DNA of 5,451 nucleotides, taken from IMG/VR virus record IMGVR_UViG_2541047751_000012; one strand, given 5' to 3'. The first letter of the stretch is position 1; every line of letters starts with the position of its first letter. This DNA is from a virus (taxonomy: Duplodnaviria; Heunggongvirae; Uroviricota; Caudoviricetes). This document shows, piece by piece, positions 1 through 5,241 of this stretch. The position numbers and the translations under genes are program-made. The notes below the pieces were generated by a model that searched no databases, was not told where the DNA came from, and was given only the letters and a program-made list of their open reading frames with translations.

Positions 1-1143
1 CTATGCTGTTTTGATATCTACGATAATCCAGTCTTTACCACGATCATCATTGTATCGGTCGGTCATTTTTCTGGATTTATGACCTAACAACTTTTGCGTA
101 TCCAGACCCTGTTCCCGATATAACCGTTCTGACAGAGATCGCTGCTCATGAAATGTGGGCGCAGTTCCTGGCTCCCATTTTATGCCACATTTTTCCCTGG
201 CCTTTTTAAAAGCCGTTGTAAGAGTATTTGCAGACACCTGGTCTCCTCTGTTTGCTTGAGAGGTAGTGTGACGGTAATGGACCAGATATTTACTAACAAC
301 AGCATCCCTGCACTGAGATATAACTTCACGAAGGGTAATATTCAGAGCATCGCATTTCAGGTTAAGCGGAATAGCAAGTTTTGAACCGGTTTTTTCCTGA
401 GTAATGTGCAACATGTCGTCCCAGATATCAGAGAATTTCAAATTGCAGATATCGCCTAAACGTTGTCCAGTGACAAGAGCAAGTAGCATCCCGCATTTTA
501 AATAGGGCTGCCGTCTGCTTACGCTGTCAAATATTGCCTGCCATTCGGGCAGTGATAATCTTTGGCGGTTTACTCGATTTCGCGGTTGTTTTGTTGCCTG
601 CGCTGGGTTAAATCCTGGCGGAACATGTCCTGCGTGTTGTGCTTCTTTGAAGACGTCGATCAACACCATTCTCACGACTTGCGCCATCCTGTTATGACCT
701 TCAGCCTTTACAGCATCAATTATTTCGGCAATATCAAGTGCGGTAATATCCTTGAGGTGTTGCATTCCACAATGCTCACGGAAAAGACGAATGGGTTTGC
801 CTTTTTGCCGATAGGAGTTGGGTCTTAGTTCATTATGTTGCAGCCTGTCCTCCTGGATAGAAATATATTTATCAAGCCATTCTGTCACCGTAATGTCTGA
901 GCGCCTGCCTTTCATTCTTTCTAGACGCTCATTGACGCTTAATATTTGTCGGGTACGTTGTTCAGCAATAATGGTATTTGCTTCAGTAGCAACTTGTTTT
1001 GCTTCATTCTCATCAGTTCCTAAGCTATGAAAACGACCGGATAGTGGATGTTTGTATTGCCAATATACCTTTCCGGTTCGCTTATCTAATTTGCAATATA
1101 AATTGGGTATAGAGATTTTGTGAGATCGGGGTCTAGCAGCCAT
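1..1143 (-). CDS. int: Lambda-family tyrosine integrase (site-specific recombinase), 380 aa, apparently full length
   Basis: Complete ORF with its stop at the window edge (1-3). The translation tracks lambda Int as I recall it: N-terminal arm-binding region (MAARPRSHK...PNLY vs lambda MGRRRSHERRDLPPNLY) and a C-terminal catalytic region with VTGQRLGD, PTFHEQRSLSERLY and LLGHKS...DRYNDDRGKDW. The start overlaps the 3' end of the upstream excisionase gene by 11 nt. Confidence 0.93.
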   Translation of the reverse strand: MAARPRSHKISIPNLYCKLDKRTGKVYWQYKHPLSGRFHSLGTDENEAKQVATEANTIIAEQRTRQILSVNERLERMKGRRSDITVTEWLDKYISIQEDRLQHNELRPNSYRQKGKPIRLFREHCGMQHLKDITALDIAEIIDAVKAEGHNRMAQVVRMVLIDVFKEAQHAGHVPPGFNPAQATKQPRNRVNRQRLSLPEWQAIFDSVSRRQPYLKCGMLLALVTGQRLGDICNLKFSDIWDDMLHITQEKTGSKLAIPLNLKCDALNITLREVISQCRDAVVSKYLVHYRHTTSQANRGDQVSANTLTTAFKKAREKCGIKWEPGTAPTFHEQRSLSERLYREQGLDTQKLLGHKSRKMTDRYNDDRGKDWIIVDIKTA

Positions 1144-1369
1144 CAGCGATTATCCGTTGGAGTTTTGGGTTTGCGTTTATTGGGAGTTGCGGTTCTGCAA
1201 GCGTTCCTACAAAACGGGAATTTCGGTCAATCATCCAGTAGCGACCAACTTTTATAGCGGGTGGGGCCATCATTTTCCCTTGCGCGTATTTTTTCAGAAC
1301 TCGCTCACTTGGTGCTAAGTCCCCAAATTCTTCTTTAGCCCAGTCCTGTAAAGTGATTAGTCGAGACAT
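1133..1369 (-). CDS. xis: Excisionase (Xis-like recombination directionality factor), 78 aa
   Basis: Small ORF immediately upstream of int, overlapping it by 11 nt as in lambda xis-int. Strong Shine-Dalgarno (AAGAGGAGGA) 4-5 nt before the ATG. The N-terminus (MSRLITLQDW) resembles the lambda Xis start (..LTLQEW..). Family assignment is from position and partial recall. Confidence 0.8.
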   Translation of the reverse strand: MSRLITLQDWAKEEFGDLAPSERVLKKYAQGKMMAPPAIKVGRYWMIDRNSRFVGTLAEPQLPINANPKLQRIIADGC

Positions 1370-1508
1370 TTGTCCTCCTCTTAGCTGCTGAGGGAGTTTG
1401 TGACCGATATATCTGACATGATATTAAGCTCATGGCAGGTACATCTCTTGACTGGTCATAGAGATAAATTTAATGCTGAGAAATGCAGTATTGAATTTAT
1501 CAATTTTT

Positions 1509-1748
1509 CTATTTCCTGCGTATGGCACGTAACTTCTTAATGTGTTCTGCTGTTTCGATCTCTTCAGCTATCCGATCTGCGTCAGCTTTATTCACAGGTT
1601 CAAAGTCATGATTAAAGCGGAACATGCTGGCGATACATGTTCTGCCTTTTCGGATGTAGTGAACTTTGTTGTGAGTGGAACGCAGGATTTTGCAGGGAGT
1701 GCCGTGGTGGTCGACGTACCAGGTGTTAGGGTAAATCACTCTGAACAT
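1509..1748 (-). CDS. Small prophage accessory protein, 79 aa, function unknown (possibly a DUF4222-type protein; uncertain)
   Basis: ORF with a plausible AAGG Shine-Dalgarno 6 nt before the ATG, same strand as the operon, basic C-terminal tail. Sits upstream of xis, where lambdoid phages carry small accessory genes. The family name is an unverified recollection. Confidence 0.6.
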   Translation of the reverse strand: MFRVIYPNTWYVDHHGTPCKILRSTHNKVHYIRKGRTCIASMFRFNHDFEPVNKADADRIAEEIETAEHIKKLRAIRRK

Positions 1749-1773
1749 TCTTGACCTTGTGTTGTGCGGATTG

Positions 1774-2058
1774 TTATTCAGTGCCGATATTTACCTTTAT
1801 CGCGTATACCTTTACCGGTTTATCACCGAAGTGCGGATGTGTGATTGTCTTCACTTCATATCCGTCATACGGAACATCAACTCTGCGGCTGGAATCGTCG
1901 CGCTTCGGATATCCCTTTGTGATAATCAGGCGGTCATGCTTACGGTTAACGAGGCGCTTTTTCCAGTAGTCATTACACAGGCGATACTCTTCCGTTTTCT
2001 CTCCGCGAATCATGGCATCGAAGTATTCACCTTTAACGGCAAGTTGCAGGTTAGCCAC
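1774..2058 (-). CDS. Small protein with an ASCH/PUA-like (DUF3850-like) N-terminal signature, 94 aa if started at the GTG
   Basis: The six-frame ORF extends to 2142 but would overlap the upstream gene by about 90 nt. An in-frame GTG at 2058-2056 is preceded by a perfect AAGGAG with 6-nt spacing and overlaps the upstream stop by 8 nt. The segment EYFDAMIRGEKTEEYRLCNDYW fits the ASCH-like pattern (xYFxAvxxGxKxxExR) as I remember it. Confidence 0.55.
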   Translation of the reverse strand: MANLQLAVKGEYFDAMIRGEKTEEYRLCNDYWKKRLVNRKHDRLIITKGYPKRDDSSRRVDVPYDGYEVKTITHPHFGDKPVKVYAIKVNIGTE

Positions 2059-2791
2059 GGTTAACTCCTTGCTGTGTGGCGTCGAGTAATAAATCCCACA
2101 ACCGCTGAGAGCAATTTCCGCATGTACAGCGTTGACCCACAACGTTTATCGCGTTGCTGATTTCCGGCGTTACCTGTTTAGGAACCATAACCCAACCATC
2201 CGGAGTTACCGGAAGCGAGAACGGCAGCACATCTCTGTGAACAAGTTTTTGCTGTGACAGGTTATCCAGAACTTTCTGTACTGCTGCATCACCGAATACA
2301 CCAAGCGCATCTGCCATAACTCCTACAACCTGATAAGCCTCAGCGCATACCGTGGATAAACCATCCGGAATTACCGGAGAGTTGCCGGGTTCTTTAATGT
2401 GCAAGCGAGGCTCACCATCTTTTGGCTCAGGCCACTGGCGCTCCATGTTGATCTTCAATTTATCTTCCATAGCAACGGTAATTTCAGCATCGCTGATGCC
2501 AGCACGGCGCTGTGCATCCCACAACAGAAACTGCATATCAGCCCACTCGCTAAGATCGTCTGGTTCGGCTGCGGCTTCCAGTGCCTCTTTTGAGAGGTGT
2601 TTCAGTGGACCAATGGGGCCAACGCAGCCAAATGTGGAGTCAGACCATTTGGCATGCTCGTGGCGAATCTGTTCGCGTTCCAGTGATGCCAGTGCAATTC
2701 GTGCTAGTTCCATTTGTTCGCCACGAGTAAGCCCGTTTTCAAGCGGATTTTTAATGAACAATTCAATACGTTCTTTGGTAATAGTGGTCAT
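2051..2791 (-). CDS. Modular prophage protein of unknown function, 246 aa; paralog of the 2999-3778 gene
   Basis: Long ORF with a GAGGA Shine-Dalgarno. Its ATG overlaps the stop of the upstream small gene (ATGA). It shares an N-terminal region (..ELARIALASLEREQ vs ..AYEIALASLEENP) and an NSPVIP motif with the 2999-3778 product. It also contains an internal repeat, PVIPDGL / PVTPDGW. Confidence 0.75.
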   Translation of the reverse strand: MTTITKERIELFIKNPLENGLTRGEQMELARIALASLEREQIRHEHAKWSDSTFGCVGPIGPLKHLSKEALEAAAEPDDLSEWADMQFLLWDAQRRAGISDAEITVAMEDKLKINMERQWPEPKDGEPRLHIKEPGNSPVIPDGLSTVCAEAYQVVGVMADALGVFGDAAVQKVLDNLSQQKLVHRDVLPFSLPVTPDGWVMVPKQVTPEISNAINVVGQRCTCGNCSQRLWDLLLDATQQGVNRG

Positions 2792-2997
2792 GTGTTAATC
2801 CTCAAAACTTTATGCCCGGGCGCAAAAGTACGTGTTTTGTCTTTGCTTATTCGCCACCCGTCTTTACGGGCCTCTTTTGCACAACCAGACCATGACGTAC
2901 CGATATACTCACCGAAGTCTGGCACTGGATATACACCTTCCGTACACTGGCGACAATCACAATAGAGATGCATGGTGTAACTTGCGGCAATAGCCAT
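2788..2997 (-). CDS. Small Cys-rich protein, 69 aa, putative zinc ribbon; function unknown
   Basis: The six-frame ORF reaches 3039, but that would overlap the upstream gene. The ATG at 2997-2995 lies 1 nt after the upstream stop with AAGAGAG just upstream. The product (MAIAASYTMHLYCDCRQC...SGC...) has a CxCxxC cluster plus one more Cys. Its stop overlaps the next gene's ATG (ATGA). Confidence 0.55.
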   Translation of the reverse strand: MAIAASYTMHLYCDCRQCTEGVYPVPDFGEYIGTSWSGCAKEARKDGWRISKDKTRTFAPGHKVLRINT

Positions 2998-2998
2998 A

Positions 2999-3778
2999 TC
3001 ACTCTCTTTTTCCCTGAAGCATGGCAGCGTGGCAGGCATCCTCTACGCCCTTAACTGCATCTGCGCAGTAGTTATAGCGATTGCATTCCACTAACTTCTG
3101 CCTGAGATTTTCAATTGCTTGCGCGACATCAGCCTGTATTACAGGAACTGGCGGAACGGCTGTCTGCTGCTCTCGAACGTCATTAGTCGCTATCGGTTCT
3201 GCTGCCAACTGACTGGCATATTTGTTAATGGTAACGATAAGCTCTTGCTCAGCCTCATCCAGACAATCACCGATACCTCGCCTGTCGCCGTCAAAATCAT
3301 CGAAATCAGCACGAACTCTGGCAAATTTCAGGATTGCGGACAACACCTCACCAGGAATTACCGGAGAGTTGGTTGACGTTTCCGAAATTTCCCGAAAATT
3401 ATTGGTTGACGAATTCGCGTTTTCCCGAAAGTTTCCGGCATGAAGCATAGCCGCGCGGCAGGCGTTCCAGCCTTCATCAAAACCGACTATGCCATTATTT
3501 AAAGTCGGACGAGCATCTGGCACCACCGGCACTGGCTTGGCTATATATAGCGGCTGAACATACCAACCCTTTGATAACCAACTGTCAGCAATGTTTTTAC
3601 TCCTCGTTATTGCCGGAATACCTAAGCCATTGTCTGAATGCAGCCATGCCACCGGATTCTCTTCCAGCGATGCCAGAGCAATTTCATAAGCCCGGCGCTC
3701 AACATTGTCTCGCACATCCAAACTGCTGATACGCTCTTTGATTTCTTTAATCAGTTCTTTGTCGGTAAAAGTGCTCAT
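2999..3778 (-). CDS. Modular prophage protein of unknown function, 259 aa; paralog of the 2051-2791 gene; contains an 11-aa tandem repeat
   Basis: The six-frame ORF starts at 3799, but the ATG at 3778-3776 (MSTFTDKELIK...) has a GGAGA Shine-Dalgarno at about 6 nt and sits 1 nt after the Ea22-like stop. It shares the N-terminal helix and the NSPVIP motif with the 2051-2791 product, with an 18-nt identical DNA core. It carries the internal repeat NFRENANSSTN / NFREISETSTN. Confidence 0.75.
   Translation of the reverse strand: MSTFTDKELIKEIKERISSLDVRDNVERRAYEIALASLEENPVAWLHSDNGLGIPAITRSKNIADSWLSKGWYVQPLYIAKPVPVVPDARPTLNNGIVGFDEGWNACRAAMLHAGNFRENANSSTNNFREISETSTNSPVIPGEVLSAILKFARVRADFDDFDGDRRGIGDCLDEAEQELIVTINKYASQLAAEPIATNDVREQQTAVPPVPVIQADVAQAIENLRQKLVECNRYNYCADAVKGVEDACHAAMLQGKRE
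3369..3434 (-). repeat. Two-copy imperfect 33-bp tandem repeat inside the 2999-3778 CDS
   Basis: ttggttgacgtttccgaaatttcccgaaaatta versus ttggttgacgaattcgcgttttcccgaaagttt, about 24/33 identical and in frame (11 codons each), encoding NFRENANSSTN / NFREISETSTN on the minus strand. Confidence 0.7.
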
Positions 3779-3779
3779 A

Positions 3780-4544
3780 TCAATCTCCATTGGTATCAAT
3801 GTTTACAGCCTGACAAGACTCTTTGAGCACCCAGTCAATAGCGTCTTTCCATGCCTCTGTTTCGACTGGTGGATTTTCACGCTTAACCTGTTCATAGAAG
3901 CGCACTGCTTTAACCAGTCCTTCCGGTACTACTGGTGATGGCTGTTTAGCTTCTAAATCAGCAATTCTGTCAACCACGGCATCGACAGCATCTGAAAAGC
4001 CGAACCAGTTGCTCCACTCCGGCTCATCCCCGGTTGCTGCAAAGTACATATCTGCTAAAGCAGATTCAGCATGGTCACGCTCGTTAATGAGTTGCTCTTC
4101 GCTTTTCTCCAGTTCAGCAATACGCTTACCCCCATCCGAGATAACACCTTCGTAATACTCACGCTGCTCGTTGAGTTTTGATTTTGTCTCCTCAAGCTCA
4201 ACTCTCAGCTTCCCAACAGTAAGAGCAATATCCTCGTTCTCCTGGTCGCGGCGTTTTATGTATTGCTGGTTTCTTTCCCGTTCATCCAGCAGTGCCAGCA
4301 CAGTAGCCGGATTGGCTGCGGCGATGAATTCAGCATTGGCCTGCTGTTCCATTTGGAAATCTTCATCGAAACCGCTTTCTGGATGCGCTCCTTCAATTCT
4401 GCAAATGGGAATATATCCAGCAACTTCACGATGAATTAGCGCATAATCACCATCAAATCGGCTCTCTCCATATTCGAGCGACCACTCACCACACGTTGCT
4501 TTTTCTGCCGCTTCACGCAGTGCCTGATAGTTAATTTCGCTCAC
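3780..4544 (-). CDS. Ead/Ea22-like coiled-coil protein, 254 aa
   Basis: Long ORF whose N-terminus (MSEINYQALREAAEKATCGEWS) matches my recollection of Ea22-like prophage proteins, with a central charged, coiled-coil-like region (ELEETKSKLNEQREYYE...ELEKSEEQL). The start codon is GTG (4544-4542), overlapping the upstream TraR-like stop (GTGA), with GAGAGG upstream. Confidence 0.8.
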   Translation of the reverse strand: MSEINYQALREAAEKATCGEWSLEYGESRFDGDYALIHREVAGYIPICRIEGAHPESGFDEDFQMEQQANAEFIAAANPATVLALLDERERNQQYIKRRDQENEDIALTVGKLRVELEETKSKLNEQREYYEGVISDGGKRIAELEKSEEQLINERDHAESALADMYFAATGDEPEWSNWFGFSDAVDAVVDRIADLEAKQPSPVVPEGLVKAVRFYEQVKRENPPVETEAWKDAIDWVLKESCQAVNIDTNGD

Positions 4545-4762
4545 TTCGAACCTCTCTGTTTACTGATAAGCTCCAGATCCTCCTGGCAACTTGCACAAGT
4601 CCGACAACCCTGAACGACCAGGCGTCTTCGTTCATCTATGGGATCGCCACACTCACAACAATGAGTGGCGGATATAGTCTGGTAGTTCAGACGACGCATT
4701 TTTATTGCTGTATTGCGCTGTAATTCTTCAATTTCTGATGCTGAATCAATGATGTCCGCCAT
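4541..4762 (-). CDS. TraR/DksA-family C4 zinc-finger protein (lambda orf73-like), 73 aa
   Basis: The translation has the TraR-type motif C-x2-C-x14-C-x2-C (..CCECGDPIDERRRLVVQGCRTCASCQ..), which aligns by eye with F-plasmid TraR (..CEACGNPIPEARR...CVECQ..). The size and the position in the early-left region are consistent with lambda orf73. Confidence 0.85.
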   Translation of the reverse strand: MADIIDSASEIEELQRNTAIKMRRLNYQTISATHCCECGDPIDERRRLVVQGCRTCASCQEDLELISKQRGSK

Positions 4763-4810
4763 CTTTCATTAATCCCTGAATTGTTGGTTAATACGCTTGA
4801 GGGTGAATGC

Positions 4811-4845
4811 GAATAATAAAAAAGGAGCCTGTAGCTCCCTGATGA
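4811..4845 (-). terminator. Putative Rho-independent terminator on the minus strand
   Basis: On the minus strand: AGGGAGC-tacag-GCUCC(uu) hairpin (5 G/C-rich pairs plus possible G-U and A-U) followed directly by UUUUUUAUUAUU. On the plus strand the hairpin is preceded by an A-run instead, so it is orientation-specific to the operon direction. Located 16-50 nt after the stop of the 4861 gene. Confidence 0.5.
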
Positions 4846-4860
4846 TTTTGCTTTTCATGT

Positions 4861-5076
4861 TCACCGTTCCTTAAAGACGCCGTTTAACATGCCGATCGCC
4901 AGGCTTAAATGAGTCGGTGTGAATCCCATCAGCGTTACCGTTTCGCGGTGCTTCTTTAGTACGCTACGGCAAATGTCATCGACGTTTTTATCCGGAAACT
5001 GCTGTCTGGCTTTTTTGATTTCAGAATTAGCCTGACGGGCAATGCTGCGAAGGGCGTTTTCTTGCTGAGGTGTCAC
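4861..5076 (-). CDS. Hypothetical small phage protein; 71 aa if started at GTG 5076, or 93 aa if started at ATG 5142
   Basis: The ORF is clear from 4861; the start is ambiguous. The ATG at 5142 has no Shine-Dalgarno and gives a Cys-rich, odd-looking N-terminus (MHFSGSGLHILCAYACRHGACS). The GTG at 5076-5074 overlaps the stop of a 27-aa ORF (GTGA), matching the coupling pattern of the rest of the operon. The C-terminal 70 aa look like a normal soluble protein; I do not recognise the family. Confidence 0.5.
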   Translation of the reverse strand: MTPQQENALRSIARQANSEIKKARQQFPDKNVDDICRSVLKKHRETVTLMGFTPTHLSLAIGMLNGVFKER

Positions 5077-5156
5077 TGAACAAGCCCCATGTCGGCAAGC
5101 ATAAGCACACAGAATATGAAGCCCGCTGCCAGAAAAATGCATTCAGTGGTTGTCAT
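5073..5156 (-). CDS. Candidate 27-aa hydrophobic small protein (MTTTECIFLAAGFIFCVLMLADMGLVQ)
   Basis: Short ORF missing from the six-frame track. Its ATG (5156-5154) overlaps the TGA of the truncated upstream reading frame (ATGA) and its TGA overlaps the GTG of the next gene (GTGA). The product is dominated by one hydrophobic stretch of transmembrane length. No strong Shine-Dalgarno (GAGAGA at about 6-7 nt). Confidence 0.25.
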   Translation of the reverse strand: MTTTECIFLAAGFIFCVLMLADMGLVQ

Positions 5157-5241
5157 ACCTGGTCTCTCTCATCTGCTTCTGCTTTCGCCACCATCATTTC
5201 CAGCTTTTGTGAAAGGGATGTGGCTAACGTATGAAATTCTT
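5153..5241 (-). pseudogene. 3' remnant (about 28 codons) of a minus-strand phage gene, apparently truncated by the IS insertion
   Basis: An open frame (..EFHTLATSLSQKLEMMVAKAEADERDQV*) runs from the IS boundary to a TGA at 5155-5153, with no start codon context at its 5' end. That end abuts the IS left terminus at about 5242. The identity of the disrupted gene is unknown. Confidence 0.3.

Noticed and set aside
148-1030. Plus-strand ORFs 148-384, 562-828 and 818-1030
   Set aside because: They lie entirely antisense to the well-supported integrase gene, have no ribosome-binding sites, and have low-complexity Cys/Ser-rich translations typical of shadow ORFs.
1448-1476. Plus-strand sigma70-like promoter (TTGACT, 17-bp spacer, TAATGC)
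   Set aside because: The -10 hexamer matches the consensus at only 2 of 6 positions, and there is no credible plus-strand gene downstream for it to drive.
1542-2064. Plus-strand ORFs 1542-1754, 1751-1969 and 1759-2064
   Set aside because: Antisense shadows of the two small minus-strand genes; the translations are Cys/Phe-rich with no recognisable features or start signals.
1774-2142. Full 122-aa extent of ORF 1774-2142
   Set aside because: The ATG at 2142 would overlap the upstream gene by about 90 nt and has no ribosome-binding site. The GTG at 2058 with a perfect AAGGAG is the more plausible start, so the gene was trimmed.
3369-3434. Possible CRISPR-like or regulatory repeat array
   Set aside because: Only two imperfect adjacent copies, with no spacers, lying in frame inside a coding region; this is a protein-level tandem repeat, not a CRISPR array.
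2352-3443. Plus-strand ORFs 2352-2798, 2399-2593, 2714-2965, 3119-3376 and 3222-3443
   Set aside because: Antisense to the coupled minus-strand genes; Ser/Cys-rich translations; no Shine-Dalgarno sequences. The apparent conserved PSGITGEL / SPGITGEL peptide is just the reverse-strand reading of the real shared NSPVIP core.
2788-3799. Longest-ORF starts at 3039 and 3799 for the two genes in this interval
   Set aside because: Both upstream extensions overlap the preceding gene. Internal ATGs at 2997 and 3778 sit 1 nt after the upstream stop codons with purine-rich Shine-Dalgarno sequences, consistent with the coupling pattern of the operon.
3638-4434. Plus-strand ORFs 3638-3826, 3705-3938 and 4171-4434
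   Set aside because: Antisense to the Ea22-like gene and the 2999-3778 gene; no supporting signals.
4763-4860. Possible promoter for the traR-like operon in the gap after the terminator
   Set aside because: Only weak matches (TTATTA ... TATTAA) were found on the minus strand; not enough to call without a computational scan or transcript data.
5153-5241. Alternative reading as a tiny independent ORF (MMVAKAEADERDQV)
   Set aside because: There is no ribosome-binding site before the internal ATGs, and the frame is open all the way to the IS boundary, so a truncated larger gene is more consistent; this remains unresolved without comparison to an IS-free relative.
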